The position numbers and the translations under genes are program-made. DNA of 42,810 nucleotides, from the NCBI GenBank assembly GCA_018060215.1, contig JAGOWL010000002.1, positions 1-42,810 of the forward strand. The letters run 5' to 3'. The DNA is from Pseudoxanthomonas sp. (GTDB lineage Bacteria > Pseudomonadota > Gammaproteobacteria > Xanthomonadales > Xanthomonadaceae). The notes below the pieces were generated by a model that searched no databases, was not told the DNA's origin, and worked only from the letters and a program-made list of their open reading frames with translations. Of this stretch, positions 9,484-19,945 are shown piece after piece; position 1 is the first letter of the stretch; every line of letters starts with the position of its first letter.

Positions 9484-10398
9484 TCAGCCGGCCGCCGCGG
9501 CATCGGCGGCATCGGCGTCGTCGAACTCGCTGTGGAACTGCAGCGGTTCGTTGGTGTTGCCGATCGCCAGCGAGCGCACGTGGATCGGCGCCAGCGGTCC
9601 GTCCTGGACGATGTCCAGCAGCTGTTCCTTGGCCAGTTCCAGCAGGGACAGGAAGGTCACCAGCACGCCGAGTTTGCCTTCCTCGGGCGTGAACAGGGTC
9701 TCGAAGCGGTGGAACTGGCCGTCTTCCAGCCGCTGCAGCACATCGGACATGCGCTGGCGCACGCTCAGCGCCTCGCGCTTGATGTGGTGGCCGCTGAACA
9801 GCTCGGCGCGCTTGAGCACGTCGTGCAGGGCCAGCAGCATTTCGCGCAGGTCCACCGGTGGCGGCAGCCGGACCACGGCGCGGTCGGGCACGAAGGCCTG
9901 CACCGGGGTGGTGTCGCGGTCCTGGCGGGGCAGGGCGTCGATGTCCTCGGCGGCCTGCTTGAAGCGCTCGTACTCCTGCAGCCGGCGGACCAGCTCGGCG
10001 CGCGGGTCGGCCTCGTCGCCGTCCTCGCTGACCGGCCGCGGCAGCAGCATCCGCGACTTCACCTCGGCCAGGATCGCGGCCATCACCAGGTATTCGGCCG
10101 CCAGCTCGAAGCGCAGCTCCTGCATGACGTTGATGTACTCGACGTACTGGCGGGTGATCTCGGCCACCGGGATGTCGAGGATGTCCAGGTTCTGCCGGCG
10201 GATCAGGTACAGCAGCAGGTCCAGCGGGCCCTCGAAGGCGTCGAGGATCACCTCCAGCGCGTCCGGCGGGATGTACAGGTCCTGCGGGATCTGCAGCAGC
10301 GGCTGCCCATGCACCACCGCCAGCGGCATTTCCTGCTGCTGCGGGGCCATGGACGGCGGCAATGTCGGGGTCGCGTCTTGCGCGGGTTCGGAACTCAT
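9484..10398 (-). CDS. scpA: Segregation and condensation protein A (kleisin)
   Basis: DLYIPPDALEVILDAFEGPLDLLLYLIR, AAEYLVMAA, VTFLSLLELAK. Start placed at MSSEPAQ (10398). Confidence 0.93.
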   Translation of the reverse strand: MSSEPAQDATPTLPPSMAPQQQEMPLAVVHGQPLLQIPQDLYIPPDALEVILDAFEGPLDLLLYLIRRQNLDILDIPVAEITRQYVEYINVMQELRFELAAEYLVMAAILAEVKSRMLLPRPVSEDGDEADPRAELVRRLQEYERFKQAAEDIDALPRQDRDTTPVQAFVPDRAVVRLPPPVDLREMLLALHDVLKRAELFSGHHIKREALSVRQRMSDVLQRLEDGQFHRFETLFTPEEGKLGVLVTFLSLLELAKEQLLDIVQDGPLAPIHVRSLAIGNTNEPLQFHSEFDDADAADAAAAG

Positions 10399-10692
10399 CT
10401 TGCTCGGAAGCCAGCCCGGTACGGGGTGCGCGGGCGATGCGGTGGGCATGCGGCGCGTGGTGGGGCGCACGTCGCCCGGTGGCCGGGGACGGAGCCGTTC
10501 AATCGCAATCTGGTGTACAGGCGTGGCACCGCGGGGGCGGTGGCCGACAGCCGGGAGGTCGTCTGCGCGTGGCGGGTGGGGGCAGCGCGGTTTCGCCGGG
10601 AGTGGCAGGTGGCAGGCGGGTCCCTCCGGACCGGTCCATCCCCACTGGTTCCCTTGCCGGCGGTCGCTGCTTCCGGCCCACGTGTACTGAAT

Positions 10693-10722
10693 AGGGTAAT
10701 GCCTGGCACGGGCCCCTGTCCA
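10693..10722 (-). promoter_or_regulatory. Putative sigma70 promoter for scpA-scpB-rluB
   Basis: Minus strand TGGACA-N18-TACCCT, about 295 nt upstream of the scpA start. Confidence 0.4.
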
Positions 10723-10825
10723 GACGGGGGGCCGGCCCGCGACCGGGCGCGCGTTCACCATGCCTTGACGATCGTGCGGGCGAGGATTGGCGTTGCGGAC
10801 GGCAACACGGCAGGATCGGCCAGGC

Positions 10826-13800
10826 ATGAAACATGACATTGCCCGGACAACCAGGACCCTCGAACGCGTGGGCGGATCGGCGCCGGCGCGCCGGCTGCTG
10901 GCGGCGGCCCTGACCGCCTGCCTGGCCTGGGTCGCCGTCCCGGCGCTGGCGCAGAGCACCGGGGCCACCCTCCGCGGCCAGGTGACGGCCGGTCCGGCGC
11001 CTGCGACCGGGGCCACCGTGGTCGTGCTCAATCCGGCCACCGGACTGCGTCGCAGCGTGCAGGCCGGCGCCGACGGGCGTTATGCCGTCGCCGGCCTGCC
11101 GCCGGGCAGCTACCGCATCGAGGTCCAGTCCGGCGGCCAGGCGGCGGTGCGCGAACTGACCGTCCAGGTCGGCCAGACCGCCACCCTGGACCTGGACCTG
11201 GGCGGGACGCCCGGTACCGGAGCGGCCGGCGATGCGGCCACGCTGGACACGGTGCAGGTGGTCGGCGTCGCGGTGGAGACCCGGACGTCCGAGCTCGCCA
11301 CCTACGTCACCCCGCGCCAGATCCAGGCCCTGCCGCAGGGCACGCGCAATTTCCTGGCCTTCGCCGACCTGGTGCCGGGCATGCAGTTCCAGCAGGACGC
11401 CGGCGGCAACACCCGGCTGCGTTCCGGCGCGCAGAACGCCAGCGCGATCAACGTCTACATCGACGGGGTGGGGCAGAAGGGCTACACCCTGCCCGGCGGC
11501 ATCGGCGGCCAGGATTCGACCCGCGGCAATCCGTTCCCGCAGTCGGCCATCGGCGAATACAAGGTCATCACCTCCAACTACAAGGCCGAGTTCGACCAGA
11601 TCGGCAGCGCCGCGGTGGTGGCCGCCACCCGTTCGGGCGGCAACGACTTCCAGGGCGGCTTCTTCTGGGACCGTACCCACACCGGCTGGCGCGCGTCGAC
11701 CCCGGCCGAGGCGCGGACCGGAGTGAAGGTGCGTTCGCGGGAGGAGCAGTACGGGCTGTCGTTCTCCGGGCCGATCCTGCGCGACCGGCTCAGCTACTTC
11801 ATCGCCTACGAGGCCAAGGACTACAGCACGCCGAAAACGGTTGAGCTGGGCGCACCCGGGCGCTACGACCCGGCCGACCTGCCAGCGGGCATCCTCGCCC
11901 AGCTTGGGCCGACGGCGTCGCCGTTCGCCCAGGACATGGTCTTCGGCAAGTTGTCCTGGACCCCCGATGACCGCAACCTGGTGGAGTTCACCACGCAGCT
12001 GCGCGACGAGGACGAGCGGGTCGGCGTGGGCGGCAACAACACCGCCGAGCGCGCCACGGTCAACCGCAACCAGGTCACCCGCCACGACCTGCGCTGGCAG
12101 TACAGCGCCGACCGCTGGCTCAATGATGCCCACCTCACTTTCGAGGACCTGGCCTGGTCGCCGCGCGCCACCTTCGATGGCAACGGCTACATCCTGCAGG
12201 TCTCCGAACCGACCGCCAACGACCGGCTCAACATCGGCACCCTCCTCAACACCGGCGCCAGTCCCAACCACCAGGACAAGGGCCAGCGCGGCTGGTCGCT
12301 GCAGGACGACTTCACCTGGATGGGCTGGGAAGGCCACACCCTGAAGCTGGGGGTGAAGTTCAAGGACGTGGAGGTGCGGGCGGTGGAACGCCACTACGCC
12401 AATCCGCAGTTCCACTACGACCTGGCCACGGGCATCGGCCAGCCCTGGCGGGTGGAGTTCGCCACCGGCGATGCGGGGACGACGGGCGGTTTCACTACTT
12501 CGGCCAACCGCCAGTTCGGCATCTACGTGCAGGACGACTGGGAAGTGAACGACCGGTTGACGCTGAACTACGGCCTGCGCTGGGACTACGAGACCACCCC
12601 GGCCTACGAGGATTTCGTCACCCCGGCCGCGCTGGCCGCCGACCTGCGCGCCTTTCCCAATTTCCGCAACGCCGACTGGGATCCGGAGGACTACATTTCC
12701 GACGGCCGCAAGCGCAAGCCGTTCAAGGGCGCCTGGCAGCCGCGGGTGGGCTTCTCCTACGACCTGGCCGGCAACCAGCGCCACGTGGTTTACGGCGGCG
12801 CCGGCCGCGCCTACGACCGCAACCTGTTCGACTACCTGCAGCTGGAGACCAACCGCACCTCGTTCGGCCGCTACAACTTCTTCTTCACCGATGCCGACGG
12901 TGCGTGCCGGCGTCCGGGTGGCGATTGCGTGGCCTGGGATCCGGCCTACCTGCAGCCCGGCGTGCTGGACCGGCTGGCCGCCGGGGTGGTGCTGCCGCGC
13001 GAGTGGTATCTCAACAACAATGAACTGAAGGTGCCGTATTCGGACCAGTTCAGCCTGGGCATCCGCAACGCCTTCGAACTGGGCGCGCAGACCTGGTACA
13101 GCGATGTGTCGGTGGTGCACGTGCGCAGTTACGACGGGATCACCGCGCGCCTGGGCAACCGGCGTCCGGATGGCAGCTTCCTGCCGCCGGGCGGCAGCTG
13201 GGGCACGCCGTGGGGATTCGATCCGCCGTTCGGCCGGGTGGTGCTGATCGACAACCAGTTCCGCACCCGCGCCACCTCGCTGCTGCTCAAGCTGGACAAG
13301 CCGTACACCGCGTCCTCGCGCTGGGGCGCGAACCTGGCCTACACCTGGACCCATGGCCGGCAGAACACCAATGCCGACGGCGGCATCGACATGTTCGAGT
13401 ATCCCGATGCCGGCTATTACGGCTGGCTGCCTTCGCGCGGAGTGGCCGAACACCGGCTGGTCGGCGCGGGGATATGGGATGCCGGCGCCGGCTTCACGCT
13501 ATCGGCCAAGCTGGTGCTGGAATCGTCGAAGTACCGCAATGCAACCAACTGCCTGGGCGGCTGGGACGACTGCATCATCGATCCGTACCGGCCCGGCGGC
13601 CGCATCGGCTACAAGCGCCTGGACCTGGCGGCGGGCCGTGAATTCGACACCGGCTCCAACCTGCGCTTCCGCATCCGCGCCGACCTGCTCAACGTGTTCG
13701 ACTGGCGCAACCGTGACGGCTGGGACGACTGGTACGGTGGCCCGGGCGATCCCAATCCGGGCTTTGGCAACTACACCGACTCGATCATCGGTGGCACCCG

Positions 13801-13834
13801 TACCTTCAAGCTGTCGCTGGGCATCGACTGGTAG
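10826..13834 (+). CDS. TonB-dependent outer-membrane receptor (Oar/CarboxypepD_reg N-terminal extension type), probably for a carbohydrate
   Basis: Signal peptide ending VPALA-QST, N-extension GRYAVAGLPPGSYRIEV, TonB-box-like LDTVQVVG, plug GNPFPQSAIGEYKVITSNYKAEF, YVQDDW...LNYGLRWDY, C-terminal Trp. Confidence 0.92.
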   Translation: MKHDIARTTRTLERVGGSAPARRLLAAALTACLAWVAVPALAQSTGATLRGQVTAGPAPATGATVVVLNPATGLRRSVQAGADGRYAVAGLPPGSYRIEVQSGGQAAVRELTVQVGQTATLDLDLGGTPGTGAAGDAATLDTVQVVGVAVETRTSELATYVTPRQIQALPQGTRNFLAFADLVPGMQFQQDAGGNTRLRSGAQNASAINVYIDGVGQKGYTLPGGIGGQDSTRGNPFPQSAIGEYKVITSNYKAEFDQIGSAAVVAATRSGGNDFQGGFFWDRTHTGWRASTPAEARTGVKVRSREEQYGLSFSGPILRDRLSYFIAYEAKDYSTPKTVELGAPGRYDPADLPAGILAQLGPTASPFAQDMVFGKLSWTPDDRNLVEFTTQLRDEDERVGVGGNNTAERATVNRNQVTRHDLRWQYSADRWLNDAHLTFEDLAWSPRATFDGNGYILQVSEPTANDRLNIGTLLNTGASPNHQDKGQRGWSLQDDFTWMGWEGHTLKLGVKFKDVEVRAVERHYANPQFHYDLATGIGQPWRVEFATGDAGTTGGFTTSANRQFGIYVQDDWEVNDRLTLNYGLRWDYETTPAYEDFVTPAALAADLRAFPNFRNADWDPEDYISDGRKRKPFKGAWQPRVGFSYDLAGNQRHVVYGGAGRAYDRNLFDYLQLETNRTSFGRYNFFFTDADGACRRPGGDCVAWDPAYLQPGVLDRLAAGVVLPREWYLNNNELKVPYSDQFSLGIRNAFELGAQTWYSDVSVVHVRSYDGITARLGNRRPDGSFLPPGGSWGTPWGFDPPFGRVVLIDNQFRTRATSLLLKLDKPYTASSRWGANLAYTWTHGRQNTNADGGIDMFEYPDAGYYGWLPSRGVAEHRLVGAGIWDAGAGFTLSAKLVLESSKYRNATNCLGGWDDCIIDPYRPGGRIGYKRLDLAAGREFDTGSNLRFRIRADLLNVFDWRNRDGWDDWYGGPGDPNPGFGNYTDSIIGGTRTFKLSLGIDW

Positions 13835-13858
13835 GGCCGGGCGGGGCCGCGTCGCCGG

Positions 13859-14518
13859 TCAGCGTGCGCGGGCGCCGGCGACGATCGCCGCGGCCTTGAC
13901 CGCGCAGGCTTCCACCCGTTCCCAGTCGCCGGCCTCGATCCATTGCCTGGGGACCATCCACGAGCCGCCGATGCAGACCACGTTGGGCTGGGCCAGGAAT
14001 TCGTGGGCGCTTTCCTCGTCGATGCCGCCGGTCGGGCACAGCTTCAATCCCGCCAGCGGGCCGGCCAGGCCCTTGAGCATCGCCAGGCCGCCCACGGCGG
14101 TGGCCGGGAACAGCTTGCATACGCGGAATCCGCGCGCCATCAGGGCCATGAATTCGCTGGGCGTGGCGCCACCGGGGACCACCGGGATCGGAGCCTTCGC
14201 CAGTGCGTCGGCCAGGGCCGGCGGGGTGCCGGGGGTGACCAGGAAGTCGGCACCCAGTTCGATGCAGCGTTGCATCTGTTCGGCATCGAGCACGGTGCCC
14301 ATGCCCACGGCGATGTCCGGCAGTTCCTTCTTCAGTGCCACCAACGCGTCCAGCGCCGCCGGCGTGCGCAGGGTCAGTTCGATCGCGCCCAGTCCGCCAC
14401 GCAGCAGGGCCGCCGACAGCCTGCGCGCCTGGTCGACGCTGTGCGCGGTGACCACCGGCAGGATGCCGGCGCGCTGCAGCAGCTGTTCGGCCTGGGCCTG
14501 GGTATCGGCGATGCTCAT
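13859..14518 (-). CDS. eda: KDPG/KHG aldolase
   Basis: [22 protein letters not shown] (Schiff-base Lys), CPTGGI. Confidence 0.95.
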   Translation of the reverse strand: MSIADTQAQAEQLLQRAGILPVVTAHSVDQARRLSAALLRGGLGAIELTLRTPAALDALVALKKELPDIAVGMGTVLDAEQMQRCIELGADFLVTPGTPPALADALAKAPIPVVPGGATPSEFMALMARGFRVCKLFPATAVGGLAMLKGLAGPLAGLKLCPTGGIDEESAHEFLAQPNVVCIGGSWMVPRQWIEAGDWERVEACAVKAAAIVAGARAR

Positions 14519-14674
14519 GGTGCGTGGCTCCGGAAGACGGTGAAGGAATACATCCCGGATTCTAGCCGCAGAGCCATTGGCCGGTTCCTGTCCCGCGGAC
14601 ACTGCCCGGGACAATGGGCCGGCAACAATCCCGCTGCAGGGCGCGCTGGCAGTGCGCTGCATCGGCGCAGGTGT

Positions 14675-16594
14675 TCAGGCGTCCTTGGCTTCGTGCGGGG
14701 CCAGGGCGGCCTGGGCGTCGCAGCCCAGTTCGTATTCGGCATCGTGGTCCCAGTCGCCGCCATCGTTGCCCGGCGGACCGCAGGAAATCGACAGCGCCCC
14801 CTGGTCGGCCGGCCCCACCTGGGCCCGGTTGTGCGCGAACAGGTTGCGTCCCAGGTCGTGCCCGCCCGGGCTGGTGTTGGCGGCGACCTCGCGCACGTTG
14901 AACTCCACCGCATCGACCAGCACCTCGAGGGTTCCGGCTTCGCTGTCCAGCCGCACCAGGTCGCCGTCGCGGACCTTGCCGATGGCGCCGCCGCGCGCCG
15001 CTTCCGGGGTGATGTGGATCGCCGCCGGGATCTTGCCCGAGGCCCCGGACAGGCGTCCGTCGGTGACCAGGGCGACCTGGCGGCCCTGGTTCTGCAGCAT
15101 GCCCAGCAGCGGCGCCAGCGAGTGCAGTTCGGGCATGCCGTTGGCACGCGGCCCCTGGTACCTCACCACCGCCACGAAATCGCGTGGCAGCACGCCGGCC
15201 GCATGCAGCTGGTTGAGCTTCTGCGGCGCGTCCACCACCACTGCCTGCGCCTGCACGAAACGGTGCTCGGGCTTGACCGCCGAGACCTTGATCAGGCCGC
15301 GGCCCAGGTTGCCGCGCAGCAGGCGCAGGCCGCCGTGCACCTCGAACGGCGCGGCCACCGTGCGCACCACCGATGCATCGGCCGACACTGCCGCCGCCGG
15401 CGTCGAAGCCAGCACGCCGTGGTCCAGGCGCGGCTCGCGGGTGAACGCGCGCATGCCCTCCGGCACCACCGTGGCCAGCTCGTGCATCAGCCCGGCATCG
15501 AGCAGTTCGCGGAACACGAACGGCACCCCGCCGGCGGCCTGGAATCGGTTCACGTCGGCCTCGCCGTTGGGATAGACCCGCGCCAGCAGCGGCACCGCCT
15601 GCGAGAGCTGGTCCATGTCGTCCCAGGTCAGCACGACCCCGGCCGCGCGCGCCACCGCGATCCAGTGGATGGTGTGGTTGGTCGAACCGCCGGTGGCCAT
15701 CAGCGCCACCACCGCGTTGACGATGGCGCGTTCGTCGATCAGCCGGCCCAGCGGCCGGTAGTCCTGGCCCAGCGCGGTCATCGCCAGCACCCGGCGCACC
15801 GCCTCGTCGTCCAGCGCCGCGCGCAGCGGCGTGCCCGGGTTGATGAAGGAGCTGCCCGGCAACTGCACGCCCATCGCCTCCAGCAGCACCTGGTTGGAAT
15901 TGGCGGTGCCGTAGAAGGTGCAGGTACCCGGTGCGTGGTAGGACTGCGCCTCCACCTCCAGCAGTTCCTCGCGGCTGGCCTGGCCGGCGGCGTAGCGCTC
16001 GCGCACCTGCGCCTTTTCCTTGTTGGGAATTCCGGCGGGCATCGGCCCGGCCGGCACGAACAGCGCCGGCAGGTGGCCGAAGGCCAGTGCGCCGATCAGC
16101 AGTCCCGGCACGATCTTGTCGCAGATGCCCAGGTACAGGGCCGCGTCGAAGGCGTCGTGGCTCAGCGCCACCGCCGCGGCCTGGGCGATCACGTCACGCG
16201 AGAACAGCGACAGCTCCATGCCGCCTCGGCCCTGGGTGACGCCATCGCACATCGCCGGCACGCCGCCGGCGACCTGGGCGGTGGCCCCCAGGCTGCGGGC
16301 CAGGGCACGGATCCGCTCCGGGTAATGCTCGTAGGGCTGGTGTGCCGAAAGCATGTCGTTGTAGGCGGTGACGATGCCCAGGTTCGGGGTGAGCCCGCCG
16401 CGCAGGCGCGCCTTGTCGGTGTCGCCGCAGGCGGCGAACACGTGGGCCAGGTTGGCGCAGCTCAGCGGCGTGCGGTTGGGTCCCTGGTGCCGGGCCTGTT
16501 CGATCCCGGCCAGGTAGGCCGCACGCGAGGCGGTGCTGCGGCGGACGATGCGTTCGGTGACGCGCTCGAGGGTCGGATGCAGGGGGCTGGGCAT
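14675..16594 (-). CDS. edd: Phosphogluconate dehydratase
   Basis: [48 protein letters not shown]. Confidence 0.96.
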   Translation of the reverse strand: MPSPLHPTLERVTERIVRRSTASRAAYLAGIEQARHQGPNRTPLSCANLAHVFAACGDTDKARLRGGLTPNLGIVTAYNDMLSAHQPYEHYPERIRALARSLGATAQVAGGVPAMCDGVTQGRGGMELSLFSRDVIAQAAAVALSHDAFDAALYLGICDKIVPGLLIGALAFGHLPALFVPAGPMPAGIPNKEKAQVRERYAAGQASREELLEVEAQSYHAPGTCTFYGTANSNQVLLEAMGVQLPGSSFINPGTPLRAALDDEAVRRVLAMTALGQDYRPLGRLIDERAIVNAVVALMATGGSTNHTIHWIAVARAAGVVLTWDDMDQLSQAVPLLARVYPNGEADVNRFQAAGGVPFVFRELLDAGLMHELATVVPEGMRAFTREPRLDHGVLASTPAAAVSADASVVRTVAAPFEVHGGLRLLRGNLGRGLIKVSAVKPEHRFVQAQAVVVDAPQKLNQLHAAGVLPRDFVAVVRYQGPRANGMPELHSLAPLLGMLQNQGRQVALVTDGRLSGASGKIPAAIHITPEAARGGAIGKVRDGDLVRLDSEAGTLEVLVDAVEFNVREVAANTSPGGHDLGRNLFAHNRAQVGPADQGALSISCGPPGNDGGDWDHDAEYELGCDAQAALAPHEAKDA

Positions 16595-16692
16595 GGGGCT
16601 GGTGTCCGGATGGGCCCGTCAGATCGCGTCAAGCCGGGCGGTGGGTGGATTGCCGGCGCCTGCAGAGCAGTGGCCGGTGCCGGGGGCGGCCC

Positions 16693-17406
16693 TCATTCAC
16701 ACCAGTGCACGCGCAGCGGCGGGCCGCCGCGGCCGATCGCCACGCGGATCGGCATCTGCAGCACGTCCTCGCCTTCCAGTGCGCGGACCAGCACCTGGCG
16801 CTTGCTGCGTCCACGCAGCAGGAGCAGGCGCTGGCGTGCGTGCGCCAGGCCGGCGGGAGTCAGGGTGATGCGTTGCGGCCAGTCGCCGGCCACCGGGCAG
16901 CCGCTGGCATCCAGTGCCGCGTAGGGCAGCGCGCTGGCCAGCACCTGCGGCAACTGTGCGGCACCGGGGAACAGCGATGCGGTGTGACCGTCCTCGCCCA
17001 TGCCCAGCACCGCCAGGCAGGCATCGGCTGCGTGTGCGGCTTCCAGGTTGGCCGCGTGCACCGATTCGGCCAGCGACAGGCCCGGCCGCACCAGTGGTTC
17101 GAAACGGGCCACCTGCACCTGGTCGAGCAGGTGTTCGTGCAGCAGGCGCGTGTTGCTGGCGCTGGCGCGTGGCGACAACCAGCGCTCGTCGACCAGGCCC
17201 ACGGTGATGCGTGGCCAGTCCAGTGCGGCGATCGCCAGTTGCGCGTACACCGGGGCCGGGGTGGTGCCGCCGGAGAGCAGGATCCGCGCGCGGCCGCGGG
17301 CGGCCAGTTCGGCCTCCAGGCAATGGGCGATGTCGGCCGCGGCCGCATGCACCCAGTCCACCTGGCTGCGGTGTTCGATCCACTGGATGCGCCCGTCGGC
17401 GTTCAT
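16693..17406 (-). CDS. pgl: 6-phosphogluconolactonase
   Basis: LSGGTTP, VDERW, LGMGEDGHTASLFP, RITLT; ATGA overlap with glk. Confidence 0.93.
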   Translation of the reverse strand: MNADGRIQWIEHRSQVDWVHAAAADIAHCLEAELAARGRARILLSGGTTPAPVYAQLAIAALDWPRITVGLVDERWLSPRASASNTRLLHEHLLDQVQVARFEPLVRPGLSLAESVHAANLEAAHAADACLAVLGMGEDGHTASLFPGAAQLPQVLASALPYAALDASGCPVAGDWPQRITLTPAGLAHARQRLLLLRGRSKRQVLVRALEGEDVLQMPIRVAIGRGGPPLRVHWCE

Positions 17407-18398
17407 GTCGCCTCGCGCTCCAGCAGGTCGGCCGCCCAGGCGGCGGCGCCCAGCAGGCCGGCCTGTGGATGCATCACCGCCAGCGACGGCACCTGGGCCA
17501 TATTCGGCGAGAAACGGCCCTTGGCCTCGAAGCGCTGGCGGAAGCCGGAGTGGCGCAGGGAATCGAGCATGCGCGGCACCAGCCCGCCGGTCAGGAACAC
17601 CCCGTCCCAGGCGCCCAGGGTCAGCACCAGGTCGCCGGCGATGGCGCCGAACACCGCGCAGAACACGTCCACCGCGCGCATGCCCAGGGCGTCGCCGGCG
17701 GCGGCGCGTTCGCTGATGTCCCTGGGCGTGGGCAGGCCCGGGTCGACCCCGGCGATCTGGCACAGCGCGCGGTGGATGTTGACCAGGCCCGGGCCGCACA
17801 CCAGGCGCTCATTGGACACCCGGCCGAACTGCGCCGAGAGCAGTTCCAGGATGCGGATCTCCTCCGGGGTACCGGGCGGGAAGCTGACGTGGCCACCTTC
17901 GGTCTGCAGCGGGTGGCAGCGGCCGTCGCGCACGATCAGGCCGCCCACCCCCAGGCCGGTGCCCGGCCCCAGCACCGCGTAGGTGCGGGCCTGCGCCGGC
18001 GGTGCCGGGCTCCAGTCCGGCGCACCGATGCGGACCACGTCGTCCGGTCCGAACAGGCGGATGGCCATGGCCTGGGCGGCGAAGTCGTTGAGCAGGTGCA
18101 CCTGGTCGAAGCCGAGCATCTGCGCGGTGCGGCTGCGCGAGATCACCCAGGGATGGTTGGTGATGCGCGCCTGGTCGCCGTCGATGCGGCCGGCCACGGC
18201 GAACACGCCGCGCCGGGCGCGGGTGCCGACCTGGTCCAGGTAGTGGGCGGCGGCCTCGGCCAGGGAGGGGAAGGCGGCCACCGGGAATTCGCGCACGCTG
18301 GCCACCAGCAGCGGCGAGGCCGCGTGCGGATCGGCCAGGGCGAAGCGGGCATTGGTGCCGCCGATGTCGGCGACCAGCAGTGCATCGCCCATGCTCAA
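17403..18398 (-). CDS. glk: Glucokinase
   Basis: LVADIGGTNARFA, LNDF, GPGTGLG, EGGH, FEAKGRF. Confidence 0.95.
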   Translation of the reverse strand: MSMGDALLVADIGGTNARFALADPHAASPLLVASVREFPVAAFPSLAEAAAHYLDQVGTRARRGVFAVAGRIDGDQARITNHPWVISRSRTAQMLGFDQVHLLNDFAAQAMAIRLFGPDDVVRIGAPDWSPAPPAQARTYAVLGPGTGLGVGGLIVRDGRCHPLQTEGGHVSFPPGTPEEIRILELLSAQFGRVSNERLVCGPGLVNIHRALCQIAGVDPGLPTPRDISERAAAGDALGMRAVDVFCAVFGAIAGDLVLTLGAWDGVFLTGGLVPRMLDSLRHSGFRQRFEAKGRFSPNMAQVPSLAVMHPQAGLLGAAAWAADLLEREAT

Positions 18399-19837
18399 CT
18401 CCTGCGCGCCGGGCGGCCGACGGCGTCGAACTGCGCCGGCAGGAAGTGCGCGGCTTCGCGCGGGCCCTGGGTGCCGGCCGGGTAGTAGGCCAGCGGCACG
18501 TCGCCGCTCGTCCAGCCTTCGGTCACGCTGTCGGTCCAGGCCCAGGCCGCCTCGACCTCGTCGCTGCGCACGAACAGCGCGTGGCTGCCGTTCAGGGCAT
18601 CGATGAACAGGCGCTCATAGGCGATGCGGCGGTCGTGGCCGGTCTGCGAGGACAGTTCCAGTTCCAGCGGATGCAGCTCCAGGGTGCCCCATTCCGGGCC
18701 GGCCAGGCTGCTCATCAGGCCCAGCTCGATGTCTTCCTGCGGCTGCAGCCGGAAGATCAGCCGGTTGGGGGCGGCATGGGCGCCGTCGGGGCGCTCGAAC
18801 AGCCAGTGGCTGACCGGCTTGAGGGTCACGGTGACCACGGTGGAACGCTCGGCCATGCGCTTGCCGGTGACCAGGTGGAACGGCACTCCCGCCCAGCGCC
18901 AGTTGTCGATATGCGCGGTCACCCCGACGAAGGTCTCCACCTCGCTGCCGTCCGGTGGCGCGTAGGCCTGCACCGGCTGGCCGTCGATCTGGCCGGCGAT
19001 GTAGCGCGCGCGCACGGTGTGGCGCTGCGCCTCGGCGGCGGTGAACGGGCGCAGGGCGCGCAGCACCTTGACCTTCTCGTCGCGGATGCGGTCGGCGGCC
19101 AGCGAGGCCGGCGGCTCCATCGCCACCAGGCACAGCAGCTGCAGGATGTGGCTCTGGACCATGTCGCGCAGCGCGCCGGAGCGGGCGTAGTAGGCGTTGC
19201 GGCCATCCACGCCCTCGGTCTCGGAGACCAGGATGTTGACCGAATCGATGTGGTTGCGGTTCCACACCGCCTCCAGCAGGGTGTTGCCGAAGCGCAGCGC
19301 CATCAGGTTCTGCACCGCCGCCTTGCCCAGGTAGTGGTCGATGCGGAAGATCCGGTCCTCGTCGATCAGCGCGCCGATGCTGGCGTTGATCTCGCGCGCC
19401 GAATCCAGGTCGTGGCCGATGGGTTTTTCCAGCATCAGCCGGTTCGGCGCGGCGAATGCGCCGGCCTGGGCCAGGCCCTGGCAGGTGCTGATGTACAGGC
19501 CCGGCGGGATCGACAGGTAGCTCACGCAGGGCTGGCCGATGCGGTCAGCCACCGCCTCGGCCACCGAGGCGGGTGAGCGCAGGTCCACCGGGCGGTAGTC
19601 CACGCGCGCCAGGAACTGTTCCAGTTGCGCCGGGGTGGGCGTGTAGTGGCGCAGCTGGGACAGGCGCTCGCGCAGGATCGCTCGGAAGGCCTCGCTGTCA
19701 TGCCCCGACAGGGCCAGGCCACGCACCCGGAAGCCGGCCGGCAGCAGGCCGTCGCCGTGCAGGCGCAGCAGCGAGGGAAACAGATAGCGTTGCGCCAGGT
19801 CGCCGGTGGCCCCGAACAGCAACAAGGTGTCGTGCAT
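18395..19837 (-). CDS. zwf: Glucose-6-phosphate 1-dehydrogenase
   Basis: FGATGDLA, EKPIG, RIDHYLGK, GALRDMVQSH, NWRWAGVPF. Start placed at MHDTLLLFG. Confidence 0.95.
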   Translation of the reverse strand: MHDTLLLFGATGDLAQRYLFPSLLRLHGDGLLPAGFRVRGLALSGHDSEAFRAILRERLSQLRHYTPTPAQLEQFLARVDYRPVDLRSPASVAEAVADRIGQPCVSYLSIPPGLYISTCQGLAQAGAFAAPNRLMLEKPIGHDLDSAREINASIGALIDEDRIFRIDHYLGKAAVQNLMALRFGNTLLEAVWNRNHIDSVNILVSETEGVDGRNAYYARSGALRDMVQSHILQLLCLVAMEPPASLAADRIRDEKVKVLRALRPFTAAEAQRHTVRARYIAGQIDGQPVQAYAPPDGSEVETFVGVTAHIDNWRWAGVPFHLVTGKRMAERSTVVTVTLKPVSHWLFERPDGAHAAPNRLIFRLQPQEDIELGLMSSLAGPEWGTLELHPLELELSSQTGHDRRIAYERLFIDALNGSHALFVRSDEVEAAWAWTDSVTEGWTSGDVPLAYYPAGTQGPREAAHFLPAQFDAVGRPARRS

Positions 19838-19935
19838 CCAGTGGACCTCGGCCAGCGGCAACTGCAATTGGGATCACCGGACTATCCCCGCCGCGCCGCC
19901 TGCTTGTCCAGTGATGGAGGCGCCGGCGGCAGGTG

Positions 19936-19945
19936 CATACGTATG
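19936..19945. promoter_or_regulatory. Perfect palindrome CATACGTATG, candidate LacI-family operator upstream of zwf
   Basis: 10-bp perfect AT-rich palindrome with a central CG in a GC-rich spacer, about 100 nt upstream of zwf. Confidence 0.5.

Noticed and set aside
10560-10625. G-run cluster as a possible G-quadruplex
   Set aside because: The runs are irregular and expected by chance at this GC content.
10499-13453. 984-aa antisense ORF opposite the TonB-dependent receptor
   Set aside because: Shadow ORF typical of high-GC codon bias. It has no motifs and the sense frame is a clear receptor.
13943-16924. 993-aa plus-strand ORF opposite eda/edd
   Set aside because: Antisense shadow of well-conserved enzymes, with no recognisable domain.
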